64,000 nucleotides of DNA. It comes from Camelus dromedarius. Its lineage: Eukaryota. Shown piece after piece: positions 25,101 through 37,636 of the stretch. Each line of letters opens with the position of its first letter. The stretch's first letter is position 1. The translations under genes were made by a program, and so were the position numbers. The DNA is taken from the NCBI RefSeq assembly GCF_036321535.1, contig NC_087437.1, forward strand, positions 58,592,001-58,656,000, read 5' to 3'. A model generated the notes under the pieces. The model was not told the DNA's origin, made no database searches, and saw only the letters and a program-made list of their open reading frames with translations.

Positions 25101-26169
25101 TAATGTGGGTTTGTTTTTTTTTTCTTTTTTCTTTTTTTTTTGCTCTCATTACCTGTGAATTTCTCTTGGCCTTCAACATTTGGCAACTATTCAGGAAAAT
25201 AAGAAGGTGAAGGTAGCGTGTATACTTGGAATTCTGAATTGTGACAAAGCAGTGTTACTTAAGTAGGATTTACATTTCTGGGATTCCTCATGCAACAAAT
25301 AATGTAAACTGGCAAAATGAAGTTTTCACAACCAGCACCATCAAGTAGCCACAGATTCAGGAAACTTAAGTTTCCTGAGCAGCTGGCAACTAGCAAGTAT
25401 AGTTAGTTAGATACTTATTTTATTCCTTAATAATAAGCATACTTCATTTTTATGTCATTTAAAAAACATTGAACATATACTGTATACATAACACTGTTTT
25501 TAGGTAGTAATTTAGAGCAAAGGGGATTTGATAGAAATTGTAATATTGACAAAAACTATTGGTAATTAACCGATTTGTTCATCTCTTAAAACTATTATTT
25601 GTAGAAACTGTCCAAATAGTAAAATAGAATATGGTATTTCTGAATTGAAACAGGTTAAACAATACAAGTGGAAAGACATGTTTCCTGCTGATATCTAATA
25701 ATAAACATATTTTAGTTGGCTATGCATATCTTGAGCAGGATTATGTATTACTGGGGTTGGAGAAAAATAGGAAAATAGTTCTTTTTAGCTAGTCAAATAA
25801 CAGAATTATTCAAACTTTGAAAAGTAGATTAGTGCCTAGGAATATTTTTTACAGGAAGGGGAAAGAAGTCTTCATTGTCAAACAGTTCTTTTCATGGCCC
25901 CACGTTACTTACAAGACTGATAAAGCTGGGTTGACAAGCCTTCCCTCAGAGGTGCAGATAGTAACTGTTCTAGCTTGGCAGGCTCAGGGTCTCTGTGGAT
26001 TGCTCCCCCAGCCCACTGTAGTTTGCCAGCTCCTTCTCTAAAAAGTACGTTACATATGCCCTCCAAAGTTTTGTAGTCGTCCCATTTTTCTCTTTTAAAT
26101 ATAGATTGAACCTGATGGGTCAAAGGCAGTTTGAAAGTAGTGAGACTACAGAGCTAATAGGATGGTATC

Positions 26170-26400
26170 AGGTGCAGACTTTGGAGTCACACTGCCTGTA
26201 TTCAGATCCCGCCCTTCCTGCTTTCTGAGCTGCACGACCTAGGATAAGTTCCAGCTTCTCTGAATTTCTGGTTTCCTTTTCAGTAACAGAGGGAACTCGA
26301 CCTGATAGGGTTGCTGTGAGAATTACATAAAGCTCTTTAGCGCAAGACCTGGCACATAATAAAACTAAATATTAATAAATATGCTGATGACAGTGATGAT
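26170..26400 (+). mobile_element. MIR SINE
   Basis: cagactttggagtcacactgcctg...atagggttgctgtgagaatta...cctggcacataataa. Confidence 0.7.
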
Positions 26401-29400
26401 CGTTACTATCTTACACTTTGAATTATTCCTTCAGTTAACAGCATATTAACATTATTTGATTAATTTCCTCCCCTTTTCTTAATTTCTGTGGGAGGCTGTC
26501 TGAGAATTGTGATGAGTGGGAAAATGGATTGTACGGTTGATGTGTAGCTTATTTACAAAATAAGCATTTTTTTAGGAAACTCAATTTGGATTTTATGCTA
26601 TAAACTTTGTATTATTAGGTAAAAGTAGGTTATCATTTAATTCATTCAATTCATTCAGGCAACAAACGTGCGCCAAGCCTTACTCTGGGTGCTGGCTGTG
26701 ACACATTTAATGTGTCAGGCCTTATTCTACGTGTTAGATGTAAAAACAGACTATGGGCTCTGCTCTGCTATTAATTTTTAGAATGCTATTAACAATATAA
26801 TATTTTAAATGGATGCACATATATATACATAATTATATATGAATATAATTTAATTTTATAATTTACAATATAATGAGTCATAACTTTAAGATTTTAAAAA
26901 ATCTTTTCTGTGAACCTCATCGACTTTTAGAGGTATTTGCAGCACTTTCAGTTGATGCTTTGGCTTCTGGAGTAACCACTGATTTTCTGGTCTGACATTA
27001 TACTTTTTTAAAAAACCAAGAACGCTGTGCATGAAATACAGAACTATGAGAGCTACAGGGTCAAACTGACAGTGACCAGGAGATGTTTAGAGAGTATTTT
27101 ATCTGTGGTTGTTTACAATAACTATTGTTATAGACAAGAATCATTACAGCTTTAATATAATACATGTCATTTTAAAAATTATGTGCTATTTCTTGAGAGA
27201 AAAACTTCTGTACTTGGGAAGATATTGAGTAAAAGTATTTTGTTCATTTAAGGAGTGTGCCCTGCACTCTTAAAGGCACACACAATTCTTCCTCTTCCTT
27301 GTTCCACATGAGTTAGCTTTAGAAATAGCCCATCATTATTCAGAGAGAGTTGATGCCTAAAACTGGATAAAGGTAAAGCTTTTTTAGTCATGTAGTAAAG
27401 TGTAAATAGCTTTTTCTGTGTCTAATTCTTGTTCTCTTCCTACTTTTTTCAGGAGGTAACAGTTAATTTCAACTATCTTCACATAACAGTGCTTCAGTAA
27501 CAGACTTGGAAGGAAAGTGAGGTGTCACTAGAAAGAGGGTGTTTTTCTTGTAATGGTGTAGATATTAGAGTATTTATCATACAGTTTGTATATAGAGATA
27601 AGCGATGGACTAGGGAGGGGTGGTTAAGCTGTAAGTAAAAAGAATCATGTGCCTGATAGACCAGCACAGTTAAGAAATGTGGAATATTTTCTCACTGCTT
27701 TGATGTTTTATAAATTATAATACTGGTATTATGTTAGTTTAAACACAGGCACACTAATGTAGAAGCCAACGTGAGAAGCCTTCTTTAAAAAGGAGTCATT
27801 TTGAGAAATCTAAAGATTTAGATGATTAGGAGAGGTGTTTATGATAAATGACTAAATGAGTAAAAATAAGTTGGATTACTTTTCTTTCTGCTTGATGAAA
27901 GTCAGTGATATAAAAAATAAAAAAGGACATTAAAAATTATGGGGATGATGAGAGTAGTGAGTTGGCATTGCATTTCTTTGATAGAGTTATCAATGACCAT
28001 AAAAGTATTTATTTAAAAGAGACATCTTAAAAGATAACTGCAGGTTTTTTATACATTTTGTACTATTGAATTTGGACACAGATGTTGAAATTTCAGTTAT
28101 GTTACTTGCCACTTTGATGTCCTCGTACTTGTCATGCAGAAATAACAACTAGTTTCATCCTTTGATTTATAGTAAGTAAACCAGTTTTATTATTGTTGGT
28201 ATAGTTTAATGTAATAAAACTAAGGAGCAAACAAAATTAAAATCCCCCAAATTGTATACTAATATTTTCCCTTAGTTTAAAATGCTTTACTATATTAAAG
28301 CTTTTCTATTTGTATTTACTTCTTTTCTGGAAGACTTTGTTAAGTCTTTAGATTATATAAACTAGGTTATTAAGCCTTCGGATGAGTCTACTAGTTAAAA
28401 TTTGGATGTAATGTTAACCAGTATTTCAGTTTAAGAAAATTTATAATTGTCTTATGCAAAATAAAATATTTTTGGCAGTTATTTTATAAAGCTGTGAAGC
28501 TGTTTGAAACTCCTAATTTAGACTATTTTGATAACTGTTAGTTTTCCTCTTTTAGTTTTTATAACTTGGTAAAAATTGAGCCTGTTCTCCCAGAAAATAT
28601 TCTTGTGCAAATTAAAGAGTAACCTCATTCATTGGAACTTTACCTTTTTAAGGTTTCTAAGAAAAATTAGGCTCCCAACCTTGTCAATTCCTAGTTTTTT
28701 TTTCTTCTGTGTTTCTTGAGATCGATTGTCTGAAAGACCAGCATTTAAAAGCATTGTATAGAAAATGACTTCTATTTTAGTTTCATGCCACATGTGAAAA
28801 CATTGCACCAGATGAACATTTCATAATTATTAAATGGAATTCATTTTAAACATAGAAATGGTGATTATCTTGTGCATAGGTCCAAACTGGATTTTATTTC
28901 ATTTTTATTTTCATAATAACTTGTATTATCTCCATATCTTAATTATGTTCTTTTATAGTACCTACGCTTTAGTTATTGGTATCTCATTGGTTATAGTCTC
29001 ATAGGCTATTTTTATTTAATGTCAAAACAGCTCACAAAATGAAAATTCATTGAAATCACTTGTTTGATGATGTATAAAGTTAAAAGAGTATCCCAAACAT
29101 TTTTTAAATTGCCAAAAAAATCCCTTAAAGTTTAGTCAAATAAGATAGTGTGCATAGCATGTAAAATATATGAATTAATGTAAAACCTTGATTAACTTGA
29201 TGCTCAAAAACTTAGTTTTGAGGGGCTGTAATCTTTAATTAATTGAAGACATTAAATGTCAAGGAAAATATAATTAAGAATAAATAATGTAATAAGTAAA
29301 TAAGCTATTATGTGTTCTCCGTTTAGTCTTATGAAACTTATGGTTGAGAACTAAAAGATTCGGGCCTGTAAGATCAACACTGTTCAAAAAATCAGTTTTG

Positions 29401-29858
29401 GTTTTTCCCCATATGTGTCGTCAGGAGTATACACTAGTTCATGTTGGCAATTCAAAAATAAGGGTTGAAATTTTTGTTTTCTTGATTTTCGTGTTCCTAG
29501 GAAATTTAGTGAACTATAGTGCCGCCTTCCTTGAGCATTCCAGTTAGTCTGGGTTTTACTGTATTTTGATATTATATATCTGGCTCATTTTATTTAGCAA
29601 ACAGACACTGCATTTTCCTTTTTACTTTTTAAACTATTCTGTTTTATATTTTGAGACATAATTTTACTGAGGGAAAAATGGAAATGTGGTACAGAGCCCA
29701 GTTATATAGTGGCTCTAAAGGTATATAACTGAGTTTCCATTTTTGTTATAAGCTGTCCATTCCTTCCTAACTTACATCTGTACCTTTCTTGTGCCCTTTG
29801 GTTTAACATTGTTCTCCTCCCCAATTTTCCTCTTCTCCTCATTATAAACTCATGGCAG

Positions 29859-29969
29859 GGTCTGCTTGGTGAGCTCATTCTATTACAACAGCAAATTCAA
29901 GAGCATGAAGAGGAAGCGCGCAGAGCCGCTGGCCAATATAGCACGAGCTATGCCCAACCGAAGCGCAAG
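29859..29969 (+). CDS. OPA1: OPA1 exon 5b (111 nt, alternatively spliced; YME1L S2 cleavage region)
   Basis: ggcag|GGT; GLLGELILLQQQIQEHEEEARRAAGQYSTSYAQPKRK; donor AAG|GTGATG; symmetric phase 0. Confidence 0.96.
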
Positions 29970-32201
29970 GTGATGGATGGTTTAAGGGGGCTACTGATGT
30001 GTTCTCACTAATCAGCCATTTCTACCAAGATCATGTCGCCTTAATCCATTCATGGACTCCAAATATGAGAAATAATCTTTGACAAAGTGAAAATATGAAA
30101 GATACATAATACAGATATGCAACTTTCCTAGAATAGGTAAACAAACCCAAAATACCAAACACAGGAATTTATTTTCTGAAAATTAGATTATCTGTGAGGA
30201 ATAGTGGATTTGTACTTAGAAAAGAATTATAAATTGTGGTTTATTTGGTCCCGTTATTAAGTCACCCTAAGTTTGTAGCCAACTTGCCTGTTTATTTGTT
30301 CTCCAAGTTTTCATTTCTAAAATGAAACAGATTACTGTCAGTGACCATGTTAAATTGTTTAAAGAATGAAATGTATTTGTTTTAGCTGAAATGAATCAAC
30401 AGAGAACATTCTTATTTCTTACAGAAATTAACTTAACTTTTGAACAAAGTTATTCCTAGATACTTTAAACTTGTGGCATAAAGATTTTCCACATTTATTA
30501 ATAGAGTAGGCAACCAATAAATGTTTGCATTGGACCATTGAAAGATTGAACATTGGAAATTTTATATAATTCTGGTCACTTAAAGAACAGGTTTTAATAA
30601 AAGTCAGCATAACTCTATACAAATATTTGGCTATAGATGTAATTAAGAAGTCCTTAAAAATACGCTTTTCGCTGTTAGTCGATCCTGTAGCATAGATCCC
30701 AAGATTAATATTCTAAAGTGACTAGAGTCAAATGAAACGTATGTAATGATTTTAAAATTATACTCTAAGATCTTGAACTAGGCTAGGTGTATTACATATA
30801 TTAGATCAGAAAAGTTTCAGAGTTAGGTACAAATCTTACTCAGGAAAGAAGATTGGTCATATAATTAGCTTCCTGTAGGTTCTGATATTGAAATCAATCA
30901 GTATGGTAGATAATCAGCGCAGTAATTCTGCTGGCTAACCCCATTACGTTTGGTGGTAGTTAACACTTGAGAGTACTCATCATAGTTTGATTTATTGTTC
31001 AGTGTCGCTTCCTGACTTTTCTCAATTCCATGGCTGTGGAATCAACTCCTGTGTATTGTTTAGCTTTCAGTGAATGAATAACATAGGTATAAATAGAAAG
31101 CAAGTTGTTTTTCTACTTGTGTTAAACCAAGGAAGTCCTTGTTTTAAGTGGTGCTTTAGCATTCTCTGTTCTGTGTGCTGTTGAGAGCACCACCTAAATA
31201 CTCTAACAAATTGGATGCTTAGGCGGAGCCATCCACTCCTTAGCTTTGTTACAGGAAGCAGGGGAAGGAACTACTGTGTTTTGGTCTGTTATAGTCCTAG
31301 TTACAAGTAGTTCTCGTCTTTTCATAATGGTGAAATATGAAAAATGAGCCCCATAGATTTGCTGTTGTAAGTTCTAAGATACGGTTTTAGATTATCGATA
31401 AACTATTGAATCTGATGATTTAAGTGGTATCAGTAGTGAATACTGTTTATTTTTGACAGTGCCACTGCATAGTGTTCATTTGGGGCCTACTTTACTAGCC
31501 TTTTTTCAGGCTTAGAGATATCCTTCCTATTTATAATATTTATCAAATTATCCATGTAACCCTTTTTACTGACAGGACTGTACCTCCACTTGTTTTCTTT
31601 ATCAAAGTATACTTAGTAGAGCACCAAACAGGGCTTTTCCTGCTCACTTAGGAGTTATCTTATGTGGAAGTCAGTGGTACTTTAGAAACAATTTATGCTG
31701 CTCTGTCATGACATCATTCCGTGTACTGTCCTTAAAGTAGTTTCCTTACTGTCTTCCCCTCGGTTCCTCCTATGGTTAGTACTCGGATGACTTGTCAGCC
31801 CTTCATTGTCAGAATGATCAAAATCTTAATTTGATGAGATTTTTTTCATTCCAAGGATTTGCAGTTTACTTGAGGTCCAGAACCACAGCTACTTTTTGCT
31901 GCTTTTTAATCATTTTTTTCCCATTACTTGAAAATACAAACAGGCCTTCATTTTTTTATATCTTCTTAGTAGCAGCTAATAGATTTTCTCTGTATTATCT
32001 GAACAGAGGAGCTCATGCAGAGACAGTAGATTAAAACTGCCATTGGTGGGTTGCCTCCTATGAATATGTGCACATACATAGAAATTTTTACGAGTCTTAT
32101 GCATTTCAGAATGGCCACAATGGCTTGGTAGGAAGAAATACATAAATTTTTAAAACTAGGCTTGGTTTCGTGAGGAGCTAGTAAAGGTTTTTCTCTTTCA
32201 G

Positions 32202-32309
32202 CTTTAGCTTGTTTCTGTGGAGGGTTCTGCTCTTTCCCCATCAATTTTACAGCCCTGGAATTGTAGAAAAGCTCTGGTTTCAAGATTGTTGATATCCCTT
32301 TTTGTCAGG
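32202..32309 (+). other. OPA1: Cryptic 108-nt cassette exon (poison/NMD exon) between exons 5b and 6
   Basis: Acceptor tttttctctttcag| at 32201, donor AGG|GTGAGT at 32310, in-frame TAG at codon 2 (32205-32207). Size and position fit my recollection of the human OPA1 NMD exon. Confidence 0.75.
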
Positions 32310-34711
32310 GTGAGTTTTAAATTAATTTCATAATGAAAACTAAATATATTAAACAGCAGGACAAGAAGTTACTGTAAGTAGCTGAATTTTACCAGTAAAA
32401 TGCATCAACATAAAATATACCCAGATTGCTGGTGAAGACCTTAAGTGACAATAGCATGTACTAGTCTCTTAAGAAAACATGTAAAAGTATCATCTGATTA
32501 ATCTTTAATATTTATCTTATAAACTTAGAAGTTTAAGTCTTTTATCCTAGAAAATATTAGGTCTAATTCTTGACTCAACCCCCACCTGTCTTTTAATATA
32601 ATAATCTTCTAATTTAACATTAATCTTTTAATTTAACGTTAAACTAAGCAGATAGGAAGTGTATTGGTAAAACCATGCATGAGTTATTCCTAACAATTGT
32701 GCCGGACAGGCACATGATAAATTCAAATACTCCTAAAAATCTGAATTTATAAAAATCTTAACAAACGTGATTACTAAATACTAATATCCGCATAAAGATT
32801 GTATTTGTAATGTTCTAGTAACTTTATATCATTTTAACTTTTTATTTATAGTTTTAATTTTACTACATTACCAAGTTAACCTTTTATAGTCCTTGGCTTA
32901 TAGTAAACATTGTAACTTTTTTTTTGTAATTGTATTAGTTTCTTAATTATTGCCCCAGATGTAGAGTAATGTTGGGTTTTCTCCTGTAATTTAGAGTATA
33001 TTGCATGAAATCTTTAAATATTCATATCCAAAACTAAAACAGTTTATACTAATGTTGTTTATACAGTTCATACTAATTTAGCTGCAGTTGGATGAATATT
33101 TAATGGAACAGAGTAAATCAGGGTGCCTTTTAAATTGAATCGGGAATATAATCTGCTTAACGAAAGTTTTATAACCACATCATTACAGTATGATGGCATG
33201 CCATATGATCAAAATATGGAATTATTTATTTCTTCATTGGGCTTCAAGATTTTGTTCTTTGGATTGTGGGCTCCTCCCCAACTTGCTTGTTTCCTTACAT
33301 TTTAGGAGACTTAATAATTCTTGTCCATTTTACTCAAACCCATAGTCAGATGGAAAAAAGCTACTATCCACAAGTCTCTACTTGATACAGGAATGAGAAA
33401 ACAATAATACAGAGTTTGTTTTGTATTATCTTTTCTATAATTACCAAACCAAATTTGGAATTTTTAGGCATAGGCTTTTAAGGAAAAATGATATGTACCT
33501 GTCATTTCTAGCAAGCATTGTCATTTTTATTTGAAAGAAGTTTGGAGGAAATTTTGAGAAAGTGTTTGGAAATAGGACTTAAAATCTCTAACTTTATGCA
33601 TGGATAAGAATTATTAATGCCTACCTCAATAAGCAAATCATTTAAATTTTTTTCATATATATTTGCTACCATGATGTTTTGATTGCTTAAATAGCCAATG
33701 AATGAAGATGAATAAAGATTTTATGAATTTTAAGTTAATTTTTGTCTCCTATGGAATAAAGTCACATTTAAAAGTTTTGAGCATTAGAAATTAGATAATC
33801 ATTTTGAAAGACTGAGTATGACAACTTCAGCATCTCACTAAGGAGTCAAAGCACAGTTACATGGATTTTATATAAATGACATCATTTTAATTATAATTGA
33901 TTATTGTGTCATATTTAGAATTGTGACTACTGTAAAGCCTGCTAGACAATAAAGTTCTTTATTTTGAATATTTTATCTTAGAACTATTAGCATTAATAAC
34001 AATTGGAAATAGTTTACACAATACCTGTGGATTTTCTCCTACTTTTGTTTTATGTTCAAGTCAGTTTTAGTTGCTTTACTCAACTTCATTGCTACTGGAT
34101 GCATTTGCTTTATTATGGCTAGCAGATCTTGCACTGGAACTGAATTTAAAAACAAGAATCTGGCTCCACTTATCTCTGAATATGCAAGTTGTTCTTTGCA
34201 CTTATTAAATACTTCCCTATGTACAGAATAGGAATGGATAGTATTTGCTTAAAAGATACACTGTGACGAATGAACTTTTTCGATAGTTGTAAATGGTAAT
34301 GTGTCTGATTTCCCAAAACATTTCTGTAAGGGTATCAGTACCTTATTTCTGCAAGCATCCAAGTCCCTGTGCTTGAGTATAGAATTATCTGTCAAGAATA
34401 TAGTAACCATATGTGTTGATCTCTTATTTTTCTAGCAAGCCAGTCATAAGAACTGACTAGAGTGACAAGAGGATGATTGCTTTTTTAGTTTTTCACTTAA
34501 TATAAAATTTTGATGAGCTATTTTTATTGATGAATAAGATTTTTTTTTACTTTCTTAAATAAGCATTTGATTTAAAATTCACTTTGATTAAATGTCCATG
34601 TAAAGCCAGTAGTTTTCACTCTTAAAAATGCTTTTTAAAAAAATTAAACTTACTGTATATTCTATATAAACCTTATTCTACTGAATGAAATAATTTATTT
34701 TAAATATTTAG

Positions 34712-34765
34712 GTGTCAGACAAAGAGAAAATTGACCAACTTCAAGAAGAGCTTCTGCATACTCAG
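34712..34765 (+). CDS. OPA1: OPA1 exon 6 (54 nt), coiled coil
   Basis: atttag|GTG; VSDKEKIDQLQEELLHTQ; donor CAG|GTAATT. Confidence 0.97.
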
Positions 34766-35599
34766 GTAATTCTGATGAGTAAAAAGAACCAGAGAGTTTT
34801 TCTTACACTCTAATGTAAATTTGGTTATGTAAAAATTTATTGTTTTTAACAAAGCAAAATGTGGAATGGTTCAATGATAGAACCTTATTATCAATAGATG
34901 AAAAAAATACAAAAGCTAGTTGAGAAATAAGGAATAATGAAGGAACTTGATAAATTTAGTTAACTCGTGTAAAAACCTATTTTTGAGTGAATCTTATGCT
35001 TCTAATTTTAAAGAAAAGCTATAGGAGGAAAAAAAACTGGGGTAAATGGCTTGTCTTTATATAAAACTATGCTTGCATTTTTACATTGATAGGCTGATTA
35101 ATTTAAGTAACAGTTAAAGACATTGGAGTTGAATCTGCCACAGTTCTCTGAAGCCCAAAGCTATTAAGATAATAACCTTTCCAAAGATATTTCTAACACT
35201 GCTCTGAAGGCTGTTTTCTTATAGCTGATGATACAATTATCATTATTTTAAAGACTTATTCTGTGCAATATAATGAATAGGTACCATTCTAGTGAAAAAT
35301 TTCCCTATTACCCACTCTGTCGTTAGTTATTCTATGTAGATAAAATGATATGCAATAATTAAGAATTTTTTTTTTAATTAAAAAGACTTACCTTGGGTCT
35401 CTCTTTTTAGGGGCAAAAATACAACAAAGACAATCTAGGTAAAATTAAAAACCAGTACATTTTGAGTCTCAGGTTTATTTATTATCTATGCATTGATTCT
35501 TATACCTGACTATGTGTTAGAATCACTCTGGGCAGCACACTATGTACATATTTTAAGGCTGCTCGGCCAAGTGATTACAATCTGCAGCCAGAGATTAAG

Positions 35600-35790
35600 A
35601 CTGATTATCCTCAGAGTGTGGTCTCTGGAGTATTAACATCAGTAGTATCCTTTGGGAACTTGTTGAAAATGTAAATATTGGTCCCTTCCCAAACACACTG
35701 AGTTGGAAACTGGGAGTAGAGCTGAGCAATCTTTCTTGTTAAAAGCCCTCAAGTGATTCTGATGAATTCTTAAGTTTGAGAATCATTGGT
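35600..35790. mobile_element. MER5A/B (hAT-Charlie)
   Basis: cagagtgtggtc...tgggaacttgttgaaaatgtaaat...gtgattctgatg...aagtttgagaatcattg. Confidence 0.7.
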
Positions 35791-36051
35791 TTAGAGACTT
35801 GCAGGACAGCCCAGTAGGACATCTCTGCAGGATGGCTGCATATTGGCACCTATACCAAAGAATATTTCCATCTCCAGGAAATGCAGATCCATAATTGATT
35901 CCATATTTACTAAGAAGTGAGCCAGTGGAAATCCTACCACCCTTATACCTATTGATACCAACCCTTCAGTTTGTGCAGTTGTGGTTGTCAGCTCTAGGTG
36001 TTGACGCAAACACTCTATGGAAAATTCATGTTGTAATAACGGTGTTACCTA

Positions 36052-36355
36052 TGTCAGTAGTGCCCGGTAAAAATATAATGCAAGCCATGTGTAATTTAAA
36101 ATTTTTACATTTAAAAAAAGGTAAAAAGAAATAGAATTTTGATGTTAATATTTAACCCAGTAGATCTCAAATAATATAATTTAAACATTTAATTAGTAAA
36201 AATAGTAATGAGGTGTTTATGTATTTTTACTGAATTATAGAAATCTGGTGTATATTTTCTGCTAAACACATCTCAATTCAGACTAGCCACATTTCAAGTG
36301 TTCAATATCTACATGTGGCTAGATATGGGGGTACCGTCCGTATTAGACAGTGAAG
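36052..36355. mobile_element. MER33-like (hAT-Charlie)
   Basis: aaatataatgcaagcca...aaatctggtgtatatttt...cacatctcaattcagactagccacatttcaagtg...acatgtggctag. Confidence 0.75.
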
Positions 36356-36909
36356 ACCTAATTCTTAGATAACTACCAGAATTTGTTGTATAGGCTATTA
36401 CTACATGTAAATGAACAAGTTCTGTAAAAAATACATTTATAATCAAATCTAGCCTGTAGTTCTACCTGTCTCGTACTATATAGTTCAGTGCTAATATTGT
36501 TTTCTTTAGTTTGGCTTAAGTTGGACATTATCTGAGGATAAAGCCGTGATCTCTTGTTACTTCCTTTGTTCTTGGAAGATTATAACAACCTAAAAGATTT
36601 TCTAAGAAATATTTTCCATTATAAAAGGCATATTATTATAAGTTGGACATAAACATTCAGTTGATTATAGGAAAGAGTAATTCTTAATAGTTTTCTGAAC
36701 ATTGTTAATGTTTAGAGGAGAAATAATTTAAAAACAGAGAAGAACAATTAGAAAAGGATCACATGTATTTGAAAACAGTGTGTAGCCAAGCATCTACTTT
36801 GACAAAAAAAGCTTGTCTAAACATATTCGTCTACTTTAAATTGTTTTTAAATCAGTATTTTAAAAATTAGTATGTATTCGCTGGCCAAGAAACTTACTAA
36901 AACTTGGAA

Positions 36910-37100
36910 GAGTTTGAGCCTTCAACTCAGACCTATATTCCAAACTCTGTGTCCTTAGGTAAGTTAGCAAGCCTCCCTAACCTCAGATTCCTAATCTGTT
37001 AACCTTTGCCTCACATGAAAGCCTACAGGAGTTAATGCAGGGGAAACACTCAGTAAAGGGCCTGTCACATAATGCATGATCAGGTACTGTTAGCTGTTTG
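36910..37100 (+). mobile_element. MIR SINE
   Basis: tgtgtccttaggtaagtta...cctcagattcctaatctgt... Confidence 0.55.
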
Positions 37101-37531
37101 TATTTTTTATCATTTTAATTAAAGCATAAAATAATATGGGGAATGGAGAGTATTTGAATTTTTTGTCAGGTGTCCGTTTAATGAAGACTGAAAACTTTTG
37201 ATGTAATAGAAAATACTGCTTCAAGAGTATACTTAGGAACTTGCTGCTTTAACTCCTTACGCTTTTAGTATTTTTAAGTAATTTCTTCAATATAAACAGC
37301 AAAGAATTTTTCAAATAAAATGCCAATTATAATAGAAAACTATAATGAAGTTCATTATTTGAGATAATATGCATAATTTATTCAGCATTTTTCATAGAAG
37401 CCTTTTAAATGATGTAACTTAAGTAGTCAGGAGATAAAGCTTCAGGGTTTTAAAAGATTTTAATTTAGATTAAATTAATGTGTTTTTTTAACTTATCTTT
37501 TTCTTAAGTTACATGTATTATTTTGTTGCAG

Positions 37532-37636
37532 TTAAAGTACCAACGAATCTTGGAACGATTAGAAAAGGAGAATAAAGAATTGAGAAAATTAGTGTTGCAG
37601 AAAGATGACAAAGGCATCCATCATAGAAAGCTTAAG
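37532..37636 (+). CDS. OPA1: OPA1 exon 7 (105 nt), coiled coil
   Basis: ttgcag|[38 protein letters not shown]; donor AAG|GTATTT. Confidence 0.97.

Noticed and set aside
31966..32283. 105-aa minus-strand ORF overlapping the cryptic cassette, or an OPA1-AS1-like antisense RNA
   Set aside because: Starts at a non-ATG codon with no recognisable homology. Human has an antisense lncRNA within OPA1, but I cannot support its exons from this sequence.
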